Of a DNA stretch of 64,000 nucleotides, positions 48,647-58,278 are shown piece by piece. The stretch's first letter is position 1, and each line of letters starts with the position of its first letter. The notes beneath the pieces are model-generated. The model did not search any database. It was given only the letters and a program-made list of their open reading frames with translations, and was not told the origin of the DNA. Both the position numbers and the translations under genes were made by a program. Location: contig OZ244239.1 of the NCBI GenBank assembly GCA_965217115.1, positions 704,001 to 768,000 of the forward strand, given 5' to 3'. The DNA comes from Bdellovibrionales bacterium (GTDB lineage Bacteria; Bdellovibrionota; Bdellovibrionia; Bdellovibrionales; CAYMLA01).

Positions 48647-49252
48647 TTAATGACTGAGGCTTGAAACTAAGTTTTCAGCCTTAATGTAAACACCTTCTGG
48701 GTTTTTAACAGTTCTTTTTCCAAACTGGTAACTGATTTTAAAACTCATAGGTTGAGTAGCTCTAAGGCCTTTGACAATTAAAATCCTATCTCCTGTAATT
48801 AAAGCTTCTTTAGTTTCTAAACTTACTTTTATTTTTCTTGAAAGATAAAACCTTTGGCTTATTTTTTTATTTTTTGCAGTTTTTATTTGTGGTTTATTAG
48901 CTTTGATAAATTGCTTTTTAAAACTAGGTGAAACAAGAATTGAAGACTTTGTTAGTTGTTTACTTATATTTTTATAATTCCAGTTATGTCGAAGCTTTGC
49001 AAATTTGGTAATAGAGTTTATAACTTCTGACTTTATAAAGTCTTTTGAAATTGGTTTAGTTTTAGTTAGCAGGCTGTAACCACTTTTTTCTTTAGAGATT
49101 AGTAATGGTTTTTTACTGGCTAAGTTTATTACTGTGACAAGTAAGGTGATGTTGATGATAATGGTTAGTATGAGTAGGCCTTTTAGAAAAGTGTTTTGAG
49201 ATTGGGTGTCTCCCCAAATTTCAAAATATTTTTTAGCTGTTTGTTGAAGCAT
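48647..49252 (-). CDS. VirB8/TrbF-like T4SS protein
   Basis: YFEIWG, single TM helix, RTVKNPEGVYI C-terminal motif. Confidence 0.7.
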   Translation of the reverse strand: MLQQTAKKYFEIWGDTQSQNTFLKGLLILTIIINITLLVTVINLASKKPLLISKEKSGYSLLTKTKPISKDFIKSEVINSITKFAKLRHNWNYKNISKQLTKSSILVSPSFKKQFIKANKPQIKTAKNKKISQRFYLSRKIKVSLETKEALITGDRILIVKGLRATQPMSFKISYQFGKRTVKNPEGVYIKAENLVSSLSH

Positions 49253-49489
49253 TTTTGACTCCTTTTTGTTTGTTAAAAGAGAGTGGCCTTGGTTAAATAT
49301 TTGTTTTTACTTAATTTTTTGCACTGTAGGTTTTTTTAGGTACTGATGAATTTATTATTATAATTGTAGACATTTATAGAAAAACTGTTAAATAGACTGT
49401 GTGTTTTAAGTAAAACGCAATAAGTATATGAGCAGTAAAGCTCGTAGCAAAACCATTGCCCAAGCAGGCAATATAAATAAGGAGTTGAA

Positions 49490-50023
49490 ATGAAGTTTCT
49501 ATCTATTGTTGTCTTAGCATGCCTAGCATTTAGCAGTGTCCATGCAGCATCAGAATTTCCCACTAATTTTAAAGAACTCGGAGAGATATTTGACCAAGGA
49601 ACCCTACCTACAAAAGAAGAAACTTTTGGTTGGTGGTCTGGAAGGTGTTACTGGGCAGAAAAGCCAAGCAAGCCAGTAGCTAGCCTATTAACATCTCGCA
49701 TAAATATACACCCAGATAATGGTGGCGATTTCCCCCCAAGGACAGCACATCAAGTGATGGTTCTTAAGGAGGACAATGCACCAGCGAACTATTTTGATAA
49801 TAATTTGTCAATTTTTAAGGATCGTATAGAAGAAATTATAAGGGACCCTAGTAATCAGAAATATATCATCAAGAAAGAGGAGGGTTCTTTATCTATAGAT
49901 GGGTCTATAATCTTCTCACTAAAAAAATATAGAGATTATTTTGTGGGCCAGACTTCTCATTATATTACGGGTGTTTATAACCATTGCTATTTCTTTAAAA
50001 AAGTTTATTCGTATTCATATTAA
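49490..50023 (+). CDS. Secreted hypothetical cargo protein
   Basis: RBS AAGGAG, signal peptide, GWWSGRCY. Confidence 0.75.
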   Translation: MKFLSIVVLACLAFSSVHAASEFPTNFKELGEIFDQGTLPTKEETFGWWSGRCYWAEKPSKPVASLLTSRINIHPDNGGDFPPRTAHQVMVLKEDNAPANYFDNNLSIFKDRIEEIIRDPSNQKYIIKKEEGSLSIDGSIIFSLKKYRDYFVGQTSHYITGVYNHCYFFKKVYSYSY

Positions 50024-50034
50024 TTTTTCTATCT

Positions 50035-50071
50035 AAAAAAAAGGCTACAATTTAATTTGTAGCCTTTTTTT
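50035..50071. terminator. Bidirectional intrinsic terminator
   Basis: AAAAAAAGGCTACAA-TTTAAT-TTGTAGCCTTTTTTT. Confidence 0.85.
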
Positions 50072-50131
50072 ATTTATAAGCTGGTCTGGGTTTTTTGTAA
50101 GTAATTTTTTTTAATTTCTTAATCGTAGCTA

Positions 50132-50941
50132 TTATTTAGACTGTCTTTTAAAAGCTCTTTTTCCAGCCCCTGCAAGGCTCATAGCCTTAGCCTTTACACT
50201 AACCATAGTCATCGCCACCACTGGCGTTAGAGTACTAGTGAAGCTTGTAAACCCAGACCCAACAATACTTTTTACAACCATTGGAGTCCCAATCATACAA
50301 AGAGCTATTACAAAATTAATAACAATCAAAGTTAAATAATTTCCCTCTAGTTGCATGGTCTCACCCCATGGCAAAGCCTTAAGCATTAAAGACAATATTG
50401 CCCAAACCACTTTCCAGCTAGCAATTTCAATTAAACTTTTAAATAAGTTCACCGTCATGTGAGATGAAAAAACATGAAAGAGTAAAATAATTGGAGACAG
50501 TACTGTTAAAAACGCCCAACTAAAATGGTAAATTGCCACCATTATAAATCTTGCACAGTATAAAATTAAATACGACAAGTAAGATAAAATCGACATTAAC
50601 AAATCTCCAAAAATTAATAAACTTTTAAAAGAAGGTTTTTGGTATTTAGAAATTTTATCTCCTGCTATTTTCATTATGTTTTCTATCCCACTCATGTCGT
50701 CAATTTTATCAGCTAAGCCACTGGTAATAGCTAAAATGCTTTCTGTAATTTCTGGAAAACCAATTAATAATAAAGTAGAAATAAACACTCTTTTAATTTT
50801 ATCAGAAAAATCTCCTTTTCCTTGAACCCATACAACAATAATGGCTATAAATAAAAATACAGGAAGCAAAAGAAAGTAAATTTGCTTTAGCTCTAAGTAA
50901 AGGTTGCGAGACATTGCCCCAAGCCCACTGAAGTCATTCAT
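50132..50941 (-). CDS. VirB6/TrbL-like polytopic membrane protein
   Basis: Multiple TM helices; position in the conjugation operon. Confidence 0.7.
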   Translation of the reverse strand: MNDFSGLGAMSRNLYLELKQIYFLLLPVFLFIAIIVVWVQGKGDFSDKIKRVFISTLLLIGFPEITESILAITSGLADKIDDMSGIENIMKIAGDKISKYQKPSFKSLLIFGDLLMSILSYLSYLILYCARFIMVAIYHFSWAFLTVLSPIILLFHVFSSHMTVNLFKSLIEIASWKVVWAILSLMLKALPWGETMQLEGNYLTLIVINFVIALCMIGTPMVVKSIVGSGFTSFTSTLTPVVAMTMVSVKAKAMSLAGAGKRAFKRQSK

Positions 50942-51001
50942 CTTTAGCCTCCTTTTACAAAAATAAATTGCAAAAATTAGAAACTAGATTTTTTATATAA
51001 A

Positions 51002-51679
51002 TTATAAAGAGTGTAGAGAATAATTAGGTTTTAAATTTTTAAAAGCTCCACCTAATTGTTTGTACTGCACCTGAAACTGTCGAGCTTGGTTTTTTGCATC
51101 TTTGTTTTTTAATGCCAAGCCTTGAGTTTGAATTTTAAGCAAGGCCGCATTAGTGCGTAAAATTTGATTAAGGGTTTGAATCATAACCGCCTGACCTTCA
51201 AGTAGAGTTTTGGTAGCTCCAGATTGTGAAGCGCGGTGTGCGTAGTGTTTCATTTTGGAGGCTTTTTTGTCAGTGGTTTTGGCATATTTAAAAGCTTGAT
51301 TATGTAAATGTAAACTTTCTGCCACTGTTAAATCAGTTTTTTTCTGCAATAAACTTTCAGAGGTTTTAGGTATTTGACCATATAGCTTTTTTACATTGCC
51401 TATCATTTCTTTTATATCTCTAATATTAGAAAAAGTCCCTGATTTTAAAACTTGGTCTATGTTGTTTTTTAAATATAAAGCTTCATGCACTCCATGATTA
51501 GCTTTTCGTAAAATATCTGTGGCTTCTTGTCCTGCACTTGTAATACTTCTTAGTTGTTCTAGTTGATAAATAGAGTTTTGAAATATTTTAGCAAGGTAAA
51601 TTAAATCACCTCCCCAAAAATCAGCTTTGACTGGAGTTGCTTGGAGTATAAGTAGTAGTGCAAAAATATGTTTTGCCAT
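51002..51679 (-). CDS. VirB5/TrbJ-like exported helical protein
   Basis: Signal peptide, ADFWGGD..YL..I, Gln-rich helices. Confidence 0.6.
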   Translation of the reverse strand: MAKHIFALLLILQATPVKADFWGGDLIYLAKIFQNSIYQLEQLRSITSAGQEATDILRKANHGVHEALYLKNNIDQVLKSGTFSNIRDIKEMIGNVKKLYGQIPKTSESLLQKKTDLTVAESLHLHNQAFKYAKTTDKKASKMKHYAHRASQSGATKTLLEGQAVMIQTLNQILRTNAALLKIQTQGLALKNKDAKNQARQFQVQYKQLGGAFKNLKPNYSLHSL

Positions 51680-51812
51680 ATACGCTCCTTTTTTGTGATT
51701 TTATTTAAGGTATTTGTAGATATTTTATATTTTTTTTCTTTGCTGAATAATATTACCAAGATATAAGTCTATAAGAACTATACTTTGGTGTTTTTCTTGG
51801 TATGTTTATTAC

Positions 51813-52178
51813 ATGGAACTTATAAAATATATATTTGTGATAACTTTATTAACCTTTCTTTCCTCTTGTTCGAGTCTTCAGGAAGCCTATGTAACATCAA
51901 GCACTCCTGCAAGAATTGAAAGTAATGGTGAAACAGTCTGTAACTCAACACCTTGCCGAATAGGGTTAATAGGTTATTTTGACATTGGTGGTGACTGCCT
52001 GAGAGGTAGTGTTAATTTTTTAGAGGCATTCCCTTTGGGTGAAAGCAAAAGTAGCTCTTTTGTTCAATCAAAGAGAGTCTTCAGTAAGTGCTTGTCCATG
52101 GGGGAAGATCCTACGGATGAAAATAGCAAGAACATTTATTTTGATATGCAAAGTACCTATGGCATTAAAAATAAATAA
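51813..52178 (+). CDS. Lipoprotein, PEGA-like
   Basis: Lipobox LSSC; TSSTPARIESNG...STPC. Confidence 0.6.
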   Translation: MELIKYIFVITLLTFLSSCSSLQEAYVTSSTPARIESNGETVCNSTPCRIGLIGYFDIGGDCLRGSVNFLEAFPLGESKSSSFVQSKRVFSKCLSMGEDPTDENSKNIYFDMQSTYGIKNK

Positions 52179-52184
52179 ATGTAA

Positions 52185-54659
52185 CTATGTCATCGCCTCA
52201 CTATTAGCAATCTTATACTCCATATCCGAAGGATAAACCCTAATCACAGCCCTATCATCACCCACAACCATAAAACTTTCTGAATACTCTCCCTTCTTAC
52301 TTTGCAAAGACGAAACTAGTGCTATTTCTTGTTTATTAAGTTTTAAGTTCTTTTGCAAAATATCTAAATCACCTTTTTGTATTAAAACAAATTTAGTAGC
52401 AGTGTTTCCTAAAATAGCCGAACCTATAGGGTGACTTGCAATTTCTTCTACCCCTTGAGTAATAAAAGTAATTCCACTTCCAGTTTTCCTTAAAGTTCTT
52501 ACGCAATACTCCATAAAGTGAGAACTACTTTTGCTTTTTAATAACTCCCAACATTCATCCATTAAAATTCGTTTTTTTCTTTTTTTAATATCCTCATTCC
52601 CTGACTCTATTTTTTCTAAAATAAAATCTGTAATAATTAAAATCATCACTGCTTGTAAGTCTGGATAACTAGACAAACCTTTTAAATCAAAAACCACAAA
52701 ATCACTTTCGATATTAAAACTATCTTTTTTATCTAATAACTGCCCGTAAGGGGTTTTACCAGTCCAAGAATAAAGCATTTTAGAAAACTGGTTTAAAGAG
52801 TCGTTACCCGCCCCCTTTAAAAGTTTTTTAAAATCAGAGAGTGTGGGGTTTTGCACAGTGCTGTATAAAATATTTATTTGTTCCTCAAGCAATGCTTTTT
52901 CAAGCTTGGGAAGTTTATCTCCCTCTTCATCTACTAATACACTTTCTAAAAGTGCCAGTAAAAACTTAATCTTTCTTGGGCTTGCTTCATTTTTTTCTTT
53001 GGCGCTTCCTCCAATGGAAAATGGGTTAATTGTAACTGAATTATATTCTTGATTGCTGGGTGGAGATACATCCACATACTGACCTCCCAAGGTTGTACAA
53101 AGTTTTTTATAACTTCCTCCAATATCTATAATAAAAGTCATAGGGTTTTCTTTTAAACTTTGTAGTAATATTAAATTATTTAAAAAACTCTTTCCTGCTC
53201 CGCTACTTCCTGTAACAAGGCTGTTAAAATTTAAAAGCTTTGGGTGAAAAGGGTCATAATTTACTAATGCTTTATGCCTGTTTCTAAAAAGACATAGGGG
53301 TTTATGATTTTTTCCTTCATAATTTGAATAAATTGGTAAAAAATCTGCTAAGTTATCAGTTTTCATTCTTTTAGGTCTTGATAAAGTTAAATTTGCCATA
53401 GGGATACAAGTTTTAAAAACTTTAAACGCCCCAAGGCTCTCCTCTAATCCCTCAGCAGAGTTTAAGTTTCTAAAATAGCTTAGAGCTTTTTTAGATTTTA
53501 AATTTAAGTGTTCTTGATTTTTATCTTTTATTTTAAGGCTAACTTGAGTTAAAAAAATCTTTTGTCCTGAGCTAATAACTTCTTTTAAAAGTTCTTCTGT
53601 GCTATCTACTTGAGATTTGCTTTCTAAATCCTGTACTCCTCCATTATGAGAGGCACTCATTGAGTGAGCCATTCGCCTTTTTGCTTGAATTAGTGAAATC
53701 TCTTTAGATTGGTCTGGCACTTTAATATGTAAAAACAAAGAATAGCTAAAGGGCATAGATAATAAATGAGATATAAATCCACTATGAGTATATTCTGGTA
53801 AAGTTTTTAAAGTTAAAATTCGATGAAAATAATTATCAAAAAAAATATCTTTATGACCGTGAATAATATCAGAAAATAATAACTGTTCAGTTGGTGAGGA
53901 GTGACTCAGTTCCGGCATAGCCTCAAGTTCTTCGGTGGTAAATTCTTGGTGCCTGTGACTGTTGCTTTCTACAGGGAGAGGGTTATCTTTTGCTCTTTCT
54001 GGGTTTAAAAATTGGTAAATTAATCTTAGAGTTTCTTTTTTGCTTAAATTTTTAGCACTTACTCCCACGCTTTCTAAATTTTCTGTAATAGATTTTGTTA
54101 AATTTAAAAGTTCTTTTAATTTTCCTTCATGTTCTTTTTTGCTTACAGATTGAAATTGAGACTTATTTTTAAAAAAATTTAATACACTGATTTTAGTTTG
54201 TGAACTTGGCCTTTTATAAACAAAAAGATAAATATCTTTTTTTAAAATATTTTCTTTTTTCATTTCTTCTTTTAAAAGAGTAATTCTATCTTTTGAAATT
54301 AAATTTATTGCTTTATTTTTAGAGGTGATATTTTCATGTTCCTTTATTAGATAGTTGTAGCTTGAATGAGTGTCTACAAAAAAACTAATTTCTAAACCGT
54401 CCTCTAGTCCATTTAAGAAAGAGCGGAGTTTTAAAGTTATGTTATTAACTTCGTCATCTTCTAAAGTTTCAGTGCTTATGCTGTTAAGTTTTAATGCTTT
54501 TGCTAAACTACCGTCAGAGAGTGCAATACAAGTATCTAAAAAATCCCAAAAAGGAAGTTCACTTGCTAAACTATGCTCTTTTTGAAACTCACTAAAATTT
54601 TGTAGCGGAGTTTTTGTTAGAATTAATTTTTGAGTTTGTTTTATTTTTAGAAAACTCAT
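52185..54659 (-). CDS. virB4: VirB4/TraC-family conjugative ATPase
   Basis: NSLVTGSSGAGKSF, IIDIGGSY, MDECW.LL, RTLRK.G, FITQG. Confidence 0.92.
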   Translation of the reverse strand: MSFLKIKQTQKLILTKTPLQNFSEFQKEHSLASELPFWDFLDTCIALSDGSLAKALKLNSISTETLEDDEVNNITLKLRSFLNGLEDGLEISFFVDTHSSYNYLIKEHENITSKNKAINLISKDRITLLKEEMKKENILKKDIYLFVYKRPSSQTKISVLNFFKNKSQFQSVSKKEHEGKLKELLNLTKSITENLESVGVSAKNLSKKETLRLIYQFLNPERAKDNPLPVESNSHRHQEFTTEELEAMPELSHSSPTEQLLFSDIIHGHKDIFFDNYFHRILTLKTLPEYTHSGFISHLLSMPFSYSLFLHIKVPDQSKEISLIQAKRRMAHSMSASHNGGVQDLESKSQVDSTEELLKEVISSGQKIFLTQVSLKIKDKNQEHLNLKSKKALSYFRNLNSAEGLEESLGAFKVFKTCIPMANLTLSRPKRMKTDNLADFLPIYSNYEGKNHKPLCLFRNRHKALVNYDPFHPKLLNFNSLVTGSSGAGKSFLNNLILLQSLKENPMTFIIDIGGSYKKLCTTLGGQYVDVSPPSNQEYNSVTINPFSIGGSAKEKNEASPRKIKFLLALLESVLVDEEGDKLPKLEKALLEEQINILYSTVQNPTLSDFKKLLKGAGNDSLNQFSKMLYSWTGKTPYGQLLDKKDSFNIESDFVVFDLKGLSSYPDLQAVMILIITDFILEKIESGNEDIKKRKKRILMDECWELLKSKSSSHFMEYCVRTLRKTGSGITFITQGVEEIASHPIGSAILGNTATKFVLIQKGDLDILQKNLKLNKQEIALVSSLQSKKGEYSESFMVVGDDRAVIRVYPSDMEYKIANSEAMT

Positions 54660-54984
54660 TTTTCTCTCCTTTGTAGCTAGCTACTGGGGAGTAGACTACA
54701 TAATTAATTTGAGAGAGATTAGCTGAGAATATATTTGGATTTACAAGGCTTGATAAATAATCACCTAAATAGCCGTCGGGTTTGTCTTTTTTTACAAAGT
54801 ATAAAACTATGGTCAAAATTAAAGTGCCAATCCAGACCAGTGGTAACTTAAGTGAAGTTTGGCCAAAAAGTAGATTGCTGATGGATAGGTATAGGAAAAT
54901 TAGAAGTAGGTCTAGTAATTCAAAGCCTAGTAGTTTTAGTTTGTTTTCGAGTGTGCGTGGCGTGGAGGATGTTAGTAGTGGCAT
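54592..54984 (-). CDS. VirB3-like membrane protein
   Basis: Two TM helices, KPDGYL; immediately upstream of virB4. Confidence 0.7.
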   Translation of the reverse strand: MPLLTSSTPRTLENKLKLLGFELLDLLLIFLYLSISNLLFGQTSLKLPLVWIGTLILTIVLYFVKKDKPDGYLGDYLSSLVNPNIFSANLSQINYVVYSPVASYKGEKNEFSKNKTNSKINSNKNSATKF

Positions 54985-55088
54985 TTTACCCCCTTGATAT
55001 AGTTTTAAAGTTAATACTGGTTAATTATTTCTAATACTATTACAATAGTACTAAAGAATAGTTAGGCAACAATATTTAGACAGGCAAT

Positions 55089-55580
55089 ATGAAAAATTTT
55101 CTATACAGAATCGCTAATAATTTAAAAAAACTGACGTGTACTTTTTTAAAATTTAAAAGAAAAAATCAATATTTTTCTTCTAAGTATTATAAAAAAAATC
55201 TGTTATTAACTAAAAATATCCCAGAGATACTTTCCTCTAGTCATAACTGTGCTCTTGTTGCGCTTCACTTTGTACTCTCTGATATATCTGAAAAAAAAAT
55301 ATTGGAGGCTTTTTATAATTGTTGTGACAAATGGCCTAGGGGTGGTGTCACTCACAAAGAGTTTAATATAGTGCTAAGATATTTAAACATCTATGAAAAG
55401 TTTCAATATCATGACAGTAATGCTAAAATTTCTAATTTTCAAAATATTAATAGCCCAATAATACTATTAATACCTGGGCACTTTACAACGATTTACAAAA
55501 ATCAAATATACGATCTATCTTGCTATAATCTGCCCCCAGAAACACATGTTTATCGTGCATGGGAATTACTTTCCACCTGA
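55089..55580 (+). CDS. Papain-like (C39-type) cysteine peptidase candidate
   Basis: HNCALVAL, GGVT, IILLIPGHFTTI, QIYD give a Cys-His-Asp order. Confidence 0.65.
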   Translation: MKNFLYRIANNLKKLTCTFLKFKRKNQYFSSKYYKKNLLLTKNIPEILSSSHNCALVALHFVLSDISEKKILEAFYNCCDKWPRGGVTHKEFNIVLRYLNIYEKFQYHDSNAKISNFQNINSPIILLIPGHFTTIYKNQIYDLSCYNLPPETHVYRAWELLST

Positions 55581-56258
55581 CTGTGGAATATAATTTCTAT
55601 ATTCTTTGTTAGTATATGTAAACTTTGCTGATAGTGGGTTCTCCAAGTGATGTAATAACATATTAAACCCTACGCAGGTTGCCTCTAAAACTATAGACAT
55701 GTATGAACCATTATTCTCACCATAACCTTCTAAATCTTTTTCATCTAAATTAGTTTTAGTCATCCATCCGCAGGCATAGCCTGATGTTTTACTTTCGTAA
55801 TTAATTTTAACACCAATCACAAGATATTTGGAGTGAAAATTATTTCTTAATTCTTCACACATTAGCCTAATATTATTTTTATCAACAGCTATAATAGTGA
55901 CATCTGATTTTACCACTAAATCTCTTACTTCTTGTCTTTTATGATCACCCTTAGAGTATTCACCAAAACACCTGTCCATTGCTGTAATATTTACTCTTTT
56001 GTTGATGCTATATAAACGATCAGACAGGGCTTTGGCTTTATTTTTGCCAATATCAATGGCAGTGAATGGTGTACGATTGAGATTTTTTGACTCAATATTA
56101 TCTGCATCTATTAGAGATATTTTGGTAGCTCCAGATCTAACTAACATTTCCGCAAAATTGGTTCCAACACCTCCGCATCCAACTATGCAAAATTTTGTAT
56201 TATGAATTTTTTTAAATAATTCACAGCCAATTCCTAAAATTGTACTACGATTTTTCAC
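55566..56258 (-). CDS. ThiF/E1-family adenylyltransferase
   Basis: IVGCGGVG, LIDAD.IE.KNLNR, DIGKNKA, IIAVD...R. Confidence 0.92.
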   Translation of the reverse strand: MKNRSTILGIGCELFKKIHNTKFCIVGCGGVGTNFAEMLVRSGATKISLIDADNIESKNLNRTPFTAIDIGKNKAKALSDRLYSINKRVNITAMDRCFGEYSKGDHKRQEVRDLVVKSDVTIIAVDKNNIRLMCEELRNNFHSKYLVIGVKINYESKTSGYACGWMTKTNLDEKDLEGYGENNGSYMSIVLEATCVGFNMLLHHLENPLSAKFTYTNKEYRNYIPQSGGK

Positions 56259-56263
56259 GCCTG

Positions 56264-56638
56264 CTATTCCATTTGTGCAAATTGATATAATCCATCACAA
56301 AGGCTAATTATATCTGTTAATGAATAGTTCTCTGTATTAATTGAATATGGGTAATATTTTATATCTCTATGAGTAAAAATTGAATATCCAGCATTTGACT
56401 TAGGCTTGGTCTCGTCTGAAGTGTTTTTTATATCAGTAGATAACCAACACTTTCGGTCAAATGCATCACCACTATAAGATAAAGCAATCGAAAAATTTTT
56501 ACTCTCTTTGTTATTTGGATAATAATCTTTTAGTATAAATATATTCCCAGGGTTGTCTGAAATTACATCAGAAGGAACTAACTCATAATCTAAGGCATAT
56601 TTTTTTAAAATTGGCCTTAAAGTTTCATGAATTTCCAT
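56264..56638 (-). CDS. Hypothetical protein, possibly prokaryotic E2-like fold
   Basis: 5-nt gaps to both neighbours; IFILKDY.P...FSIAL...YYPYS...DIISL loosely recalls Prok-E2 family E. Confidence 0.55.
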   Translation of the reverse strand: MEIHETLRPILKKYALDYELVPSDVISDNPGNIFILKDYYPNNKESKNFSIALSYSGDAFDRKCWLSTDIKNTSDETKPKSNAGYSIFTHRDIKYYPYSINTENYSLTDIISLCDGLYQFAQME

Positions 56639-56643
56639 TACTA

Positions 56644-57108
56644 TTATGACCCTGGTGGTATAGATGAATCATTTTTAGTGTCATCTTCCACTTTGGCTTT
56701 ATGGGCTGGGGCATCTTCTGGATTTTCCCATGTAACATCAGCACGGGGAATCTCTAATCTAACATTGTCTAGGCTGATTTTAACACTCTGCTCAGAAGAA
56801 AACCCTTCTCCGCCAACGGCCATAAGTTCATGATTACCAGCTTTGAGCCTCCAATACCATTCTTGATTTTTTGAGCTTTGAAAATATTCAAATCTATATC
56901 CTTTATCAATATCCCCAACACTTTCATCTTGGTGAATAGGGGTCTTTGCATTAACTTTGTCTTGGAGGGTCTTAATAGACCTAGTAATAGATGTTTTTAC
57001 AAAAGCTTCTTCACTTTTTGCAATATTTTTATTGTTATCGTCAATTAATCTCCACCTCCAAGATTCTTCTTTTCCGCTATCATCCATATAAATTTGAAAT
57101 TTTGACAT
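56644..57108 (-). CDS. Tandem YegP/DUF1508 protein with a disordered C-terminal tail ending PPGS
   Basis: Two F....D....WRWRL...N...IA.SE/GEGF repeats; RBS AAGGAG before MSKFQ at 57108. Confidence 0.88.
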   Translation of the reverse strand: MSKFQIYMDDSGKEESWRWRLIDDNNKNIAKSEEAFVKTSITRSIKTLQDKVNAKTPIHQDESVGDIDKGYRFEYFQSSKNQEWYWRLKAGNHELMAVGGEGFSSEQSVKISLDNVRLEIPRADVTWENPEDAPAHKAKVEDDTKNDSSIPPGS

Positions 57109-57209
57109 AAAGTTCTCCTTTTTAAATTTCTGCAAGAAAGATGATGTCACATTGGTAAAAGTCAAGATGCATCAATGAATAAATCTGAAAAATACTCTTC
57201 AAGTCTACC

Positions 57210-57506
57210 TCAATGCACACTCAAGCTAATAAAGTCAATAATACTCTGAGCCCCAAACCCAATCGCCGAGCCTGCTAAGGCGTAAATGACATGCTGTTTA
57301 GCATTGGGGTTTCCAGTAATAAAACTAAAAGTTGCAATCACTAAGCCAATAACTGCCACCAGTGGCAACACCAAGCCCGTAAGCCGAGATTTAATACTCA
57401 GCAAAGACGACTCCAAGCTTGCCATGGCTGGCTCTTGAAAGAGCAGAGAAACTGCTCCAACAAGAAAAATAAACATTAATAATTTATTATTTTTAAACAT
57501 ATTCAC
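57210..57506 (-). CDS. VirB2/TrbC-like pilin
   Basis: Signal ending PAMA, two hydrophobic helices, GSAIGFGAQSII. Confidence 0.8.
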   Translation of the reverse strand: MNMFKNNKLLMFIFLVGAVSLLFQEPAMASLESSLLSIKSRLTGLVLPLVAVIGLVIATFSFITGNPNAKQHVIYALAGSAIGFGAQSIIDFISLSVH

Positions 57507-57984
57507 CCCTTTGGTTTTGTTCGTTACTTACAGCTCTATTTTGTGAAATTCGTTCAAGAGTAGGTTCAAGTTTCATGTAAACATCATCGGTGCTAAAAAA
57601 ATCCCAATCTAATTGCATTAAACCTTGGTTTTGTCCCATTAAAATTTTTCCCTCTCCAACGCTGTTCCAGTAATATTTTTTTTCTGGATTTAAAGAAGGC
57701 TCTCTTGTTAAAATTACATATTCATGTTTTTGAGGATTACGATTTTCTGGTAATAGAAAAAATCTTTCACCAAGTAAACTTTTAATAAATACATGATAAG
57801 TATTTGAGCCTTCAAAAAGTCGAGCTTGCCCAAGTGTACGCTTTCTAGTAACTACTCCACCGTCACCAGCGATACCTTTAAAGATTTCATAAACTTTGCT
57901 TTTCACTTTTGCTTCACCGCTAGAAAGCCCTTGTTTTGAAAAATTATTTTTTACAAGATCTAAATAATTTTTTTGTTCTGTCAT
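57493..57984 (-). CDS. ICE backbone hypothetical protein
   Basis: RBS AAGGAG; overlaps the pilin start. Confidence 0.65.
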   Translation of the reverse strand: MTEQKNYLDLVKNNFSKQGLSSGEAKVKSKVYEIFKGIAGDGGVVTRKRTLGQARLFEGSNTYHVFIKSLLGERFFLLPENRNPQKHEYVILTREPSLNPEKKYYWNSVGEGKILMGQNQGLMQLDWDFFSTDDVYMKLEPTLERISQNRAVSNEQNQRGEYV

Positions 57985-58005
57985 ATTTGTACTCCTTGAC
58001 TTAAT

Positions 58006-58251
58006 TTAAGCCACAGTTTGTTTTAAAATTTCTTCTAAGTTACCTGATAGATTTTTCCGAAGGTGGTTTATAGTGTCGCCAATTAGTGCATAAGCTTCCT
58101 CCCATGATAATTTTAGCATTTCTGCAATTTCTTCAACACTCATCTCCTCCCAAAAACGATAGTGAATAGCTAGTCTTTGGTTTTTATCTAATAAAGCTAA
58201 TTCTAGTTTAAGCTTTTTAAACATATTTTCTGAAAATTTTTGTCTTTTCAT
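58006..58251 (-). CDS. Small sigma70 region-4-like HTH protein
   Basis: LDKNQRLAIHYRFWEEMSVEEIAEML. Confidence 0.75.
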   Translation of the reverse strand: MKRQKFSENMFKKLKLELALLDKNQRLAIHYRFWEEMSVEEIAEMLKLSWEEAYALIGDTINHLRKNLSGNLEEILKQTVA

Positions 58252-58278
58252 ACAGCTCCTTTTTTATTTTTAACATTT

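Noticed and set aside
55566..56258. Housekeeping ThiF/MoeB/TcdA assignment
   Set aside because: Lacks the Zn-binding CxxC motifs and cognate pathway genes, and sits in ICE cargo
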